DNA of 58,902 nt from an uncultured Candidatus Peribacteria bacterium (GCA_964451705.1 CAYVIV010000003.1:1-58902); one strand, 5' to 3'. Positions 19,033 through 28,557 are shown, numbered from the stretch's first letter. Numbers and translations are program-made. The notes: generated by a model from the sequence alone, not told the origin.

Positions 19033-20055
19033 TTAAAACTTAAGTACATCCTTTATAATCAAATCTCCCTTAGATGTCAAAATTCTTCCTCTTTGGCTAC
19101 GATTAATAAATCCTAATTTAATCAAAAATGGCTCTGTAATGTCCTCAATGTGCTCTGGATCTTCGCTTAAACAGGCAGATATTGTTTTCAGACCAACTGG
19201 TCCTCCATCAAAATCACATTTTAAGGAACGCAAAAAATTTAAATCTAAATTGTTCAAACCAAGATGATTCACACCCAAAAGCTTAAAAACCTGTGAAAGA
19301 TCTGCTAAAGATACATTACTAATTTTATTATGAATAACAAAGTCAGAAAGTCTCTTTAAAAAATTATTAGCAATCCTAGGGGTACCTCTTGAATACTCAG
19401 CTATTTTATAAAGAATCATAGAGTCTAAATCTAAATTCAAAATTTCTGCATTCACAGAAAGTATCTTGACTAATTCTTCTTGAGAGTAAAATTGCATAGG
19501 TAAAATAGCTCCAAATCTATCTCGCATTGGTCTAGAGATTTTATTTAATTTAGTTGTGGCTCCAATTAAGGTGAAGTTAGCCAGTTCTAAACGCATTGTT
19601 CGTGCAGAAGGGCCTTTGCCTAAAACAATATCAATTTTAAAATCCTCCATAGCAGTATACAGCATTTCTTGAATGTCCATTTTCAATCGGTGAATTTCAT
19701 CAACAAATAAAATATCTAATGGCTGTAAGTTTGAAAGCACGGCCGCTAAATCGCCAACTTTAGTTAAAGCTTGACCAGAAGTTATAACCATTTTAGAAGC
19801 TGATTCACTGGCAATAACAGATGCTAACGATGTTTTACCGAGTCCAGGTGGTCCATGCAGTAAAATATGATCTAAGGCCCTAGTTTTAATCTTCGAAGCT
19901 CCAATCATTATTTTAACCTGCTTAGTTACTGAAAGCTGACCAACATAACTGTCTAAACAACGAGGTCTTAATTCTTGTGAGTCAAAAATATCTGACTTTA
20001 AGTTATTTAAACCTCTATTCTTTGTTTTTGGTTTATCTACAGAATTTTCAATCAT
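19033..20055 (-). CDS. ruvB: Holliday junction branch migration helicase RuvB
   Basis: LLHGPPGLGKTSLA Walker A, LFVDEIHRL, a RuvB C-terminal winged helix, and 340 aa. Confidence 0.95.
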   Translation of the reverse strand: MIENSVDKPKTKNRGLNNLKSDIFDSQELRPRCLDSYVGQLSVTKQVKIMIGASKIKTRALDHILLHGPPGLGKTSLASVIASESASKMVITSGQALTKVGDLAAVLSNLQPLDILFVDEIHRLKMDIQEMLYTAMEDFKIDIVLGKGPSARTMRLELANFTLIGATTKLNKISRPMRDRFGAILPMQFYSQEELVKILSVNAEILNLDLDSMILYKIAEYSRGTPRIANNFLKRLSDFVIHNKISNVSLADLSQVFKLLGVNHLGLNNLDLNFLRSLKCDFDGGPVGLKTISACLSEDPEHIEDITEPFLIKLGFINRSQRGRILTSKGDLIIKDVLKF

Positions 20056-20057
20056 AA

Positions 20058-20537
20058 CTATATATCCATTATTCTTGTTATAAATTTTCTTAAAATATCT
20101 GGTCTTGGTGCCTGAGGGAATTCCACATTCGAAGAGTGGGCTGAAGTTTTTATTATCAAAGTTCCGTAGTGCAAGGATGGTACAAAAGATAAAATACCCT
20201 TTTCGACACTGACAACATCTTGAATATCTGAAAGTAAAGCTTCTGATTCAACTTTAACAGTTAGAAACTGCCAATCTATAAAAAGCACCCTTTTGTTTGT
20301 GATTACTAATTTATCTAACCAGTAAATAAGAGCAGAGTAAATAATTACTAGCAAAAGTATAATAGATATAAACAAATTAATCCAAACAAGAGTGTTAAAA
20401 GACAAGACAGGACCTAAAAAATAAACTAATATATAAAAAGGTAAACCAACCAGGCATATCTGAAGCACTGTAAAAACAAACGGCATATAGTGATGATAAA
20501 CAGTCAAGATAACCTTTTCGCCTGGAGCTAAATGCAT
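20058..20537 (-). CDS. membrane protein with bacterial PH-like (YdbS/YdbT-type) domain
   Basis: Two N-terminal TM helices are followed by LVITNKRVLFIDW...GTLIIKT, a pattern typical of bPH_2-type proteins. Weak, motif-level call. Confidence 0.5.
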   Translation of the reverse strand: MHLAPGEKVILTVYHHYMPFVFTVLQICLVGLPFYILVYFLGPVLSFNTLVWINLFISIILLLVIIYSALIYWLDKLVITNKRVLFIDWQFLTVKVESEALLSDIQDVVSVEKGILSFVPSLHYGTLIIKTSAHSSNVEFPQAPRPDILRKFITRIMDI

Positions 20538-20547
20538 AATTTATCTT

Positions 20548-21222
20548 ATGAACAAACCCATTCTACCTGAATTTCCAAAGTTTTTAAAGAGCCAAATCGC
20601 AACAGTAATTGGAGGCTTTATTCTAATTTTTTTGATTGTAAACTTCTGCGCACTTATCCTAAACCAAATTACCAACACCAGTTTTAGTAATTTAGGAAGC
20701 ATAATTTTGCAACAAATTCTACTGATTTTGCTTATTATAATCTTAATAAAACATTTCAGCCTCAAATCAGTCCAAAACAAACCACGTAAAGTCACAACAA
20801 TAGTTTACAACATTGTATTGACGTTTATATATTTCATCCTGATTAGCTTCGTAATACAAAGCCTAAAGATTCCCGGTTTTGGTATACAAGAAAACATATT
20901 AAACTTATTTCCAGACTCTGGAGTTGGTTTATATATAACCATATTGGTTTTCACGATAGTAGCTCCAATTACAGAAGAAATTATATTTAGAGGATATTTG
21001 TTAGGTGGCTTATTAAAAAAGTTTACTAAATCTCAATCTATAACAATAAGCAGTATAATCTTTAGTCTTATCCATTTTCAACCTGATGTGATATTTCCAT
21101 TATTTATTTTAAGCGTATTAATAAGCCATTTGTATTTGAAAACAAACAGTATAAAGGTAGCTATATATTTTCACATACTAAATAACTCACTAAAAACTTA
21201 CTTATTGCTTTATTTAATTTAA
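20548..21222 (+). CDS. CPBP (CAAX) family intramembrane glutamic endopeptidase
   Basis: APITEEIIFRGYLL, FSLIHF and FHILNN are the three canonical CPBP motifs. The protein is multi-TM. Confidence 0.8.
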   Translation: MNKPILPEFPKFLKSQIATVIGGFILIFLIVNFCALILNQITNTSFSNLGSIILQQILLILLIIILIKHFSLKSVQNKPRKVTTIVYNIVLTFIYFILISFVIQSLKIPGFGIQENILNLFPDSGVGLYITILVFTIVAPITEEIIFRGYLLGGLLKKFTKSQSITISSIIFSLIHFQPDVIFPLFILSVLISHLYLKTNSIKVAIYFHILNNSLKTYLLLYLI

Positions 21223-21256
21223 AAAAAGTGTTATAATTAAGAGATTAATTATATAC

Positions 21257-22738
21257 ATGAAAATTAAACAACACCTAGTTATAGCATTAGTAATGATAGC
21301 AAGTTTTATTGGACTTGGTAGCAATAGTAGTGTTTTACAGGCAAGTTTAAACCTTAGTAATAACAGCGTAATTAGCCTGGAGGAATTTAAAGAATTAAAT
21401 ACTCAAACAGTCAAAATAAAAGTCAACAATGAAGCCAAACAAATTTTAGGGTCAAATTTAAGGTTAAAATACAATAAGGGTGTAGTCCAAAGCACAAATG
21501 AAACACAAGAATTACTAGAAAGTATTTTTGATAGTGTAAATAAAACTAAGTCAGCTGAACTGATAGTTAAAAACCAAGGTATTTATCTCAAGCCAGCAAT
21601 CACTGGTACGCATGTAAATCTAGATGCACTAGAAAGGCAGCTCAATTCTAAGGATTTCAAAAAAACTAAATCAATTGCACTAAATGCCTATCAAATCACG
21701 CCAGAATATACCACACAGCAAGCTCAAACAGATATGGCACTGACAAAAGAATTATCAAACCAAAGAGTTCAATTTTATATAGACAGTGAGCTGGGCTACA
21801 GTCAAAGCTCAGCCTATAGCGCTTTAGAATTCAGTAAATATTATAAGTCAGAAATTGTAATTAACAACAAGCAGCTGTTAGAATTGCTAGAGACATTTAA
21901 GGAGGGCTTTAACATACAAGCCTATAATATTAAAATTCAAAATCAAGAACACAATATTAATATCGAAGACACAGGACTGCTTGGACAAAAGCTTCTTGTA
22001 AACCCCAGTATAGAAAAGGTCAAAACAGCTATCGAAAACAAACAAACACATGTCGAATTAGTTTACGAGACAGTCCTGCCAGAGGTATATAATTTTAAAG
22101 GTGCTAAATCTAAATGGAGAGCAATTAGTTATGGTGTAAGCGATTATACCGGCTCAATTGTTAATAGAGTCAAAAACATTCAAATGGCAAGTCAGAGTGT
22201 CTTTCAAAACATTATAGTCAATCCAGGGCAAGATTTCTCGTACAACGACACTCTCATTAAAAGAGGCAGTCATATAGAGTGGAAAAATGCCTTTGTTATT
22301 GTAAATGGAAAAGACCTACAGGAGGCTCCTGGTGGAGGATTATGTCAGGTTTCAACCACAATTTATAGAGCAGCTATAAAAGCAGGTTTTCCAATCAATC
22401 AACTAAAAAATCATTCACTATATGTGAAGTATTATAAAAAACATGGTGATGGTCTAGATGCAACTATTTACCCAGGTGCTCAAGATATGGTCTTTACCAA
22501 CAACCTTTCAACACCAATTTTAATTCAAACCTACTACACGGCTGATAATAAAAACATAAGTATTATCTATGGTCTAGAAAATCCGAAAGATAGCAATCTC
22601 TACGGACCATATTATAGTATGAGTCCAAATCCATATGGGCTCACAGTCAAAAACAACCAAATAGTTTGGGTGAGAGAAGTAGAGGGGTCCAAAGAACCAG
22701 AGGTATTTACTTCAACATATAATCAAAGAGTGCTATAA
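21257..22738 (+). CDS. VanW family protein
   Basis: N-terminal signal anchor. C-terminal GGGLCQVSTTIYRAAIKAGFPI...H...V.YY matches the VanW core. Confidence 0.8.
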   Translation: MKIKQHLVIALVMIASFIGLGSNSSVLQASLNLSNNSVISLEEFKELNTQTVKIKVNNEAKQILGSNLRLKYNKGVVQSTNETQELLESIFDSVNKTKSAELIVKNQGIYLKPAITGTHVNLDALERQLNSKDFKKTKSIALNAYQITPEYTTQQAQTDMALTKELSNQRVQFYIDSELGYSQSSAYSALEFSKYYKSEIVINNKQLLELLETFKEGFNIQAYNIKIQNQEHNINIEDTGLLGQKLLVNPSIEKVKTAIENKQTHVELVYETVLPEVYNFKGAKSKWRAISYGVSDYTGSIVNRVKNIQMASQSVFQNIIVNPGQDFSYNDTLIKRGSHIEWKNAFVIVNGKDLQEAPGGGLCQVSTTIYRAAIKAGFPINQLKNHSLYVKYYKKHGDGLDATIYPGAQDMVFTNNLSTPILIQTYYTADNKNISIIYGLENPKDSNLYGPYYSMSPNPYGLTVKNNQIVWVREVEGSKEPEVFTSTYNQRVL

Positions 22739-23372
22739 CAGGTAAGTGTAGTAAATAGAGTACTAAACTACGTTTAGCGACGAAACTACACAAATCAGTA
22801 TAGAGGTTAGGCACATAGGCAATCTTAAAGTGATTTTTAAAGTAATATGCAAATAAATATCCCAACCCAACAAAACTAAAGTAAGGGCAAAATGCAAAGT
22901 AGTCAAAAGAAGCGAAGTCCGCCGTGTGCAAGCCTAAAAAGAGTAAGTAGTTAAAGTCTACTGTAGGCAACGCAAATACAAAGCCAAGACTAGAAACAAG
23001 CGTTAGAGTAGCTATTAACAATGGTTTGGTTCTTAAAAAGTATAAAACAAAAGCTGAAAATATAAAAAAATGCAAAACACCAAAATAAATAGCTAAAGAT
23101 GGTTCATATATATAACTAGTGATAGTCACCAGTAAGGCGGCAGTAAATAATTTCTTTAAACGTATAAAGACTAATTTGAGTGTTTTTGGCTTAGAAAATA
23201 TAAAATTATAACCAAATAAAAATAGAAACAAGAACCTGGCTAGCCAACCAATTATTTCTACTGCATACGTAATTGGAGTAGCGTACAAATAAAATTGGTA
23301 AAAATGCCAATGATAAACAATCATAGCAACTAAAGCTATGACTTTTAATATATCTAGTAGAATATTGCGCAT
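22707..23372 (-). CDS. polytopic membrane protein, DUF1624 / heparan-alpha-glucosaminide N-acetyltransferase-like
   Basis: MRNILLDILKVIALVAMIVYH resembles the family's N-terminal R..DxlRG.a...M...H motif. It is followed by about 8 TM helices. Motif-level only. Confidence 0.5.
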   Translation of the reverse strand: MRNILLDILKVIALVAMIVYHWHFYQFYLYATPITYAVEIIGWLARFLFLFLFGYNFIFSKPKTLKLVFIRLKKLFTAALLVTITSYIYEPSLAIYFGVLHFFIFSAFVLYFLRTKPLLIATLTLVSSLGFVFALPTVDFNYLLFLGLHTADFASFDYFAFCPYFSFVGLGYLFAYYFKNHFKIAYVPNLYTDLCSFVAKRSLVLYLLHLPVIALFDYMLK

Positions 23373-23382
23373 AAAAACTAGG

Positions 23383-23459
23383 TGGTACCCGCGAAAGGAT
23401 TCGAACCTTTGACCTTCGCCTTAGAAGGGCGCTGCTCTATCCAGCTGAGCTACGCGGGC
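23383..23459 (-). tRNA. tRNA-Arg (anticodon TCT), CCA encoded
   Basis: Reverse complement is GCCCGCG TA GCTC AGCTGGATA GAGC A GCGCC CTTCTAA GGCGA AGGTC AAAGG TTCGAAT CCTTT CGCGGGT A CCA. This is a full cloverleaf with a TTCGAAT T-loop and one G.U in the acceptor stem. Confidence 0.9.
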
Positions 23460-23509
23460 TTATTGTACAAATAATCTACTATGACTATCAAAGGATGTAA
23501 AGACTTAAT

Positions 23510-25444
23510 TTAACTTAGATCAGCAATCAGTTTGTAGATAAAATTCATAAGCTCTCGACGGCTTAAAATTCTACGGTATTCCGCAACTTGCCATTCTTCA
23601 ATTAATCCATCAATCAAAGCTTGCTGTACAAAAAGCTTATTAGCTCCAAAATTCTTAAGAGAATTTGCATGTTTATTTTGAACTACAGGCAAGACATAAT
23701 TACCACTAGACTTATAGTAAAGTGCTAAAAGCCAGTCGATAGTCGTTCCAGACTCAGGGTATAACATTGAGTCGAAATCAAGAAGGTTATATTCTAAGGC
23801 AGATTTAACATAATTATTAAACCAATCTAGATCAGAAACATCTAGAAACTCATGCTGACTAACAGAATTTTTAGCAATTTGCATAAATTCTAAATATTTA
23901 ACTAAAAACTTTAAAGACTCTGCCCTAGTAATCAAACGATCTACAGCTAAACCTTCTGCTGTATTAGCCTCTATGAAGCCTAGGTTTTTTAAAAATTTAA
24001 ATACTTCGTAATCATCATCTCCTTGCAAATTAAGATCAAAAGCATCTACAACAAAATCAAAGTCTAAAATAATTTGGTCAGCAACAACAACAGATACCGT
24101 GTAGTTACCAGCCACCAAAGGCCTAAAGCTAAACTTAGTAAGCCTAGAGCTAGCTGCTAAGCTTTTTGGGAAATCCGCAAGCTTGGTGCTATAAATTTGA
24201 TAAAAATCTGATTTGGAACCTAAGGCTCCAAGGTGATCAGCATTAATACTAAACTCATACTCAGTGTCCACAATTAAACGGCTAGGGCCGCTAAGGCTAA
24301 AATTAGAAGCCTCAACGTAAGATATTTGACTGGTATCAGAAATCAATAAAGTCTCTGATATTTTTTGAATATCAGTCTTAATATCCAAATTTGATTCCGT
24401 CTCAACATCTACAGCTACAGTTGCCACCAGCTCCTTAAAATTTTCAATCAGTGTCGGTTTAACTAAATTTGGATATTCTTCTGCTTCTACCTCTACACTA
24501 ACAACAGAACCATCACTGTCTAAAGAACTATTATCAGAGATTTGAGTCTGCTGATTTTCACCAGTTCCTAAATTGTTGGAGGTTAGGAGTTGGGTTTTAA
24601 AGGCTGAATCAATATAAACCAAAGGGTTTACAGTATTCTTTAAAGCAGAATCGTAACCATATCCCTGGTTAATAGCTTCTGAAAAGCTTAAACCTAATTT
24701 CAAAACCTCAGAATCACTAAATGGCCAAAAAGGATGCCAGGGTGCTGAAGATTTTTCAATTTGAAAGTTCAAATGGGCTCCAGAGGATAATCCAGAGTTA
24801 CCAGAGTAACCAATAAGCTGGCCAACTGTTACAATTTGGCCAGGGGATACAAGTATAGATGAAAGGTGACCATAACTTGAGAACAAGGTCTGGGTAGCTC
24901 CAGACTCTAAATCTGGAACATTATTATGTCTTAAAACTATATGATTACCAAAACCAACTTCTGATTGCTTGGTTTTAGTCACCACTGCATTAGCAATCGC
25001 AACTATAGGTGTACCATGAGGCAGCTTAATATCGACACCAGGGTGTGAACCAGCATATTGTTTCCCATCAAGCTTATAGTTGCCCATGTAGGCAACAGAA
25101 TAAGTTAAACGGGCGTTAATTGTTTGATTATCTAGTGCAGCAAGATTATCAACAGGGCCAAGCAAGTGCGAGTCATATTTAATAGGGTTAATTTTAAATT
25201 GATCGTCAATTTGACTAAAATGCAAAGAACTATTGGCCAACATCGCTGACCAATTGATTGATTGTGAAAAAGGATAAATAAATTCAGATACAGGGCTATG
25301 TTTAAGCATAGCAATTGAATTTGCCTGCAAAAATCTAGAAATATTTTGGTTAAAAAATAATCCAGTAGCAAAAACTGCAAATATAAAAGCATGTACAAAA
25401 ATAGAACTACGTCCTAAATTGCGAACTTTAAATAAATTGTACAT
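23510..25444 (-). CDS. M23 (LytM-type) peptidoglycan metalloendopeptidase with N-terminal TM anchor and C-terminal SLH-like repeats
   Basis: HPGVDI...GNHIVLRH...YGHLS...GYSGNSGLSSGAHLNFQI are the M23 zinc motifs. The C-terminal 170 aa contain LITRAESLKFL, FLDVSDLDWFNNYV and ILSRRELMNFIYKL. Confidence 0.85.
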   Translation of the reverse strand: MYNLFKVRNLGRSSIFVHAFIFAVFATGLFFNQNISRFLQANSIAMLKHSPVSEFIYPFSQSINWSAMLANSSLHFSQIDDQFKINPIKYDSHLLGPVDNLAALDNQTINARLTYSVAYMGNYKLDGKQYAGSHPGVDIKLPHGTPIVAIANAVVTKTKQSEVGFGNHIVLRHNNVPDLESGATQTLFSSYGHLSSILVSPGQIVTVGQLIGYSGNSGLSSGAHLNFQIEKSSAPWHPFWPFSDSEVLKLGLSFSEAINQGYGYDSALKNTVNPLVYIDSAFKTQLLTSNNLGTGENQQTQISDNSSLDSDGSVVSVEVEAEEYPNLVKPTLIENFKELVATVAVDVETESNLDIKTDIQKISETLLISDTSQISYVEASNFSLSGPSRLIVDTEYEFSINADHLGALGSKSDFYQIYSTKLADFPKSLAASSRLTKFSFRPLVAGNYTVSVVVADQIILDFDFVVDAFDLNLQGDDDYEVFKFLKNLGFIEANTAEGLAVDRLITRAESLKFLVKYLEFMQIAKNSVSQHEFLDVSDLDWFNNYVKSALEYNLLDFDSMLYPESGTTIDWLLALYYKSSGNYVLPVVQNKHANSLKNFGANKLFVQQALIDGLIEEWQVAEYRRILSRRELMNFIYKLIADLS

Positions 25445-25499
25445 GACTCAGTGTTTATAAATCCTTATATTATAACACAAATAGCCGGGAATTTAAAGC

Positions 25500-26129
25500 T
25501 TAAACATGCACAGAAAACAAAAGTAAATTCTTATGATAGACGTGCTTCACACGAATTGAAGATATAGATAGGTAGTTTAAAACTCTAAAATCAAAATCAC
25601 CATGCTGAGATCTATATACCATAGGGTTAATAAAAGAGAGTCTAAACGGCACAAAATAATGCTGTAAAGCCCTTTTGTTGCGAGATTGAGAAATAAATTT
25701 ATCTGTTTGCTTCACCTCTATCAACTGCTTACCAAATAATTTGCTTGCGCGTCTAGCTTCTTCGCCAAAACCCATCCAGATATCGATTCGTTTATCTTTA
25801 ATAGCTCCACCTCTATCCAAAACAGCAAAAACCCCAATGTTGCCTATAGATACTTTATCTCCAAAATCAAAACATTTATCTGCAGCTACAAATCCATATT
25901 TATAATCTGTTACAGCTAATCCAGAGGCTGTATAAAGCCCCTTGCCATTAAGCCTTATTTCTGATTTGTAATCTCCAGTTAAAAATAAGCTTTGTGAAGG
26001 AGACGGTGAGTAGTAAGCAGTCACCAAGTATTCCCCATCTTCACAGGCCAAGGCTAACAAGCTACCTAAGAACATACTAGCCAATACGACGCAAAATTTC
26101 ACGTGAAACGAATTCAACATCTCTACCAT
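25500..26129 (-). CDS. 3D-domain (MltA/YabE-like) cell-wall-associated protein
   Basis: VTAYY...GKGLYTASG......VAAD...FGDKV.I...GVFAVLDRGGAIKDKRIDIWMG fits the 3D-domain pattern with its conserved Asp residues. The N-terminus is signal-like. The start could be 26129 or 26120 (overlapping the upstream gene) or 26075. Confidence 0.65.
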   Translation of the reverse strand: MVEMLNSFHVKFCVVLASMFLGSLLALACEDGEYLVTAYYSPSPSQSLFLTGDYKSEIRLNGKGLYTASGLAVTDYKYGFVAADKCFDFGDKVSIGNIGVFAVLDRGGAIKDKRIDIWMGFGEEARRASKLFGKQLIEVKQTDKFISQSRNKRALQHYFVPFRLSFINPMVYRSQHGDFDFRVLNYLSISSIRVKHVYHKNLLLFSVHV

Positions 26130-28557
26130 ATTTTAATCTTGATAATTGTTTATATGCAGCACCTACATCTGGATCTCCAGCTTCTAAATGTGGACTTATA
26201 GGTTTGATACTAAAAGCTTTTGAAGGCTGGGTATCTATTGACAACTTCATGACTGCTTGAAATTTATCAATATTAATTAAATCTTGGTCAGAAAAAACTG
26301 GGGCAAACTCCTTGCCCATAAACTCAGCATCTTGGGCTCCAATCTTATAAGAAACCATAGTTCCAACATTACCAAAAACTGCATTTTTGATCTTTTCATC
26401 ATTTTTATTCACCAACTGTCCAATATATTGGTGGGCTAAATTGAGACCTAGTCTATATTTACGAGCCTCAGAAAGAATACTTTCAATTGAGTCTGTTATA
26501 TAATTTTGAAACTCATCTATGTACAAAAAGAAATCTCGTCTTTGAGAAGGGTCTACCTTTTGTCTTCTCAAAGCAGCCATTTGAATTTTAGAGACAATAA
26601 TTAACCCCAGTAATTTAGAGTTAATATCACCAGTTAAACCTTTGGAAAGATTCATAAGTAAAATTTTGCCATTGTCCATAACATCAGAAAAATCAAACGC
26701 AGACTTAGGCTGGCCAATAATATTACGCATCATAGTATTTGTAATAAAGGCACCAAACTTAGCAGCAAAGTAAGGTATCATTTCCTGCTTTTCTCGAGCT
26801 CCAGTATTAGCCATTTGGTTTTCCCAAAAAGATTTCACAATCGGATTTTTTACCTGCTCAATTTTTGTGCGTTGAAAGGCGTCATCAGTAAACAAGCGAA
26901 CAATATCAGTTAAAGCACCACCTTCTTTACATTCCATTAAAGTTAGACAGCCATTTCGGAAGTAATCCTGGATTCTAGGTCCAAATATTTCTTCATCAAA
27001 AATCTTGATCATAATGTTCATTGCATCTAGAGCTACTAAATCCCTCTCTTCAGGAGAGTCGGCTTCAAGTAAATTAAAACCCATAGGTCTTTGTGTGTCT
27101 GCAGGATTAAAATAAATCACATCATCAGCACGCTCTCTTGGAATGAAAGGTAATAACTCCTCAACTAACTCACCATGTGGGTCAATAACACAGACACCAT
27201 TACCTAGCTTGAGATCCTGTCGGATCATTGTTGTCATAATCGATGTCTTACCAGTACCAGTTTGTCCAATTACATAAAAATGACGAAAACGGTCAATATT
27301 CTTCATTCTAATCTCCTTTTTTTGACCTCTATAAATATTATGCCCTAACAAAATACCTTCAGCTGGCAAGTTAGATGGTGGGGGAGCAACCTTATAGTTT
27401 TTCCAGTTTATATTAGGAGATTTATTATACTTTATGTTTGGTAGATGAAACATAGAAGCCAACTCATCGGCAGATAAGATATGCTCCCTAAAAGCTTCTA
27501 ACCACGGTTTTCGAAAAGCTCTAAGTATATAGTTCTTGATCACTAACCTTTGCGAATATAATTTCCAACCTGTAGGTACAAATTTAAATTCATTAATATG
27601 ATTATAAGAGGTGCCATATTGACCAAAAGCAGACTTAATATTATTCAAATGCTCCTTAGCTGTAGGGTAATCTGCTGCAGTTGTAACGACTCTAATAATT
27701 GCATCGTAACCTATCTGTCTAGATTTAGCATCTAGCAGTTTGATTTCATCTTCTTCAATTTGAGTTTTTCTATCTATAGATTCATCATTCTGTGGTTTAT
27801 CTAATTTATCTGAACCATGAACTAAAACATCTAATACCTTACCTAAGTAATAAAAGGGCTTCATTAAAAGTGATACAGACTTTTTGTTTTTTTTATTTAA
27901 TAAATCTTTGGCAGCCTTGCGTCCATCTGCTCGCCAATTAGAGTTGGGTGGTTTAATCATGATCTGAATAGCTGCAGCCTCGTTCGGGGCAAATTTGCTA
28001 AGTGAATTTGTGAGATAGTTTAAAGGATCAGCACCCATTGATTCGTAAGAAAGCAAAGGCATATGCGCTTCCTTTCTAGGGTTTAAATATTGTACAGCTA
28101 TTGCTTGCCGCTCCTTAAAAATATTATAGGTTGCATCGTATTCAATAAAAGCATCTGGGAAAAACCCTGTAATCTTTTTTTCCATCAAAGAAGCCATATC
28201 GTGAGGACAAACAACATAAAAATCAATCATTCCATCTACCACAGCAATTTCTAAACTTAAATAATCTTGACCAGTAAATTTCCTTTTAATTTTACCAGAA
28301 CCAATTGAGTCCAGTGCTGTAAATAACTGTGACATTTCTGCTATTGGGGTCTTAAAATCTGTCTGAGTTGCTTTGTCCCGCTCTGCATCTTTATCTTGTT
28401 GAGATTCCTTCTTTGGTACACATATTCTTAAAAAAACCATATCGTAACTCATTCTGTGACTCCAAAAATATCGTATAAACCAAATACATACTCTAATAAG
28501 GTAGTAGGCTACTAAGAGTAGTAAAGCTATTGAAAGGAGGATTTGAATCAAGGCCAT
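26077..28557 (-). CDS. membrane-anchored VirD4/TraD/TraG-like (type IV coupling-protein-like) P-loop ATPase
   Basis: N-terminal TM (LLSIALLLLVAYYLIRVCIWFI). Walker A is YVIGQTGTGKTS (about 27242..27271), followed by VIDPHGEL. Walker B-like FFLYIDEFQNY is followed by EARKYRLGLNLAHQY, a TraD/TraG C-terminal pattern. Confidence 0.75.
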   Translation of the reverse strand: MALIQILLSIALLLLVAYYLIRVCIWFIRYFWSHRMSYDMVFLRICVPKKESQQDKDAERDKATQTDFKTPIAEMSQLFTALDSIGSGKIKRKFTGQDYLSLEIAVVDGMIDFYVVCPHDMASLMEKKITGFFPDAFIEYDATYNIFKERQAIAVQYLNPRKEAHMPLLSYESMGADPLNYLTNSLSKFAPNEAAAIQIMIKPPNSNWRADGRKAAKDLLNKKNKKSVSLLMKPFYYLGKVLDVLVHGSDKLDKPQNDESIDRKTQIEEDEIKLLDAKSRQIGYDAIIRVVTTAADYPTAKEHLNNIKSAFGQYGTSYNHINEFKFVPTGWKLYSQRLVIKNYILRAFRKPWLEAFREHILSADELASMFHLPNIKYNKSPNINWKNYKVAPPPSNLPAEGILLGHNIYRGQKKEIRMKNIDRFRHFYVIGQTGTGKTSIMTTMIRQDLKLGNGVCVIDPHGELVEELLPFIPRERADDVIYFNPADTQRPMGFNLLEADSPEERDLVALDAMNIMIKIFDEEIFGPRIQDYFRNGCLTLMECKEGGALTDIVRLFTDDAFQRTKIEQVKNPIVKSFWENQMANTGAREKQEMIPYFAAKFGAFITNTMMRNIIGQPKSAFDFSDVMDNGKILLMNLSKGLTGDINSKLLGLIIVSKIQMAALRRQKVDPSQRRDFFLYIDEFQNYITDSIESILSEARKYRLGLNLAHQYIGQLVNKNDEKIKNAVFGNVGTMVSYKIGAQDAEFMGKEFAPVFSDQDLINIDKFQAVMKLSIDTQPSKAFSIKPISPHLEAGDPDVGAAYKQLSRLKYGRDVEFVSREILRRIG

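Noticed and set aside
20541-20795. 84-aa reverse ORF opposite the CPBP protease gene
   Set aside because: It is antisense to a gene with all three CPBP motifs. No independent signal supports it.
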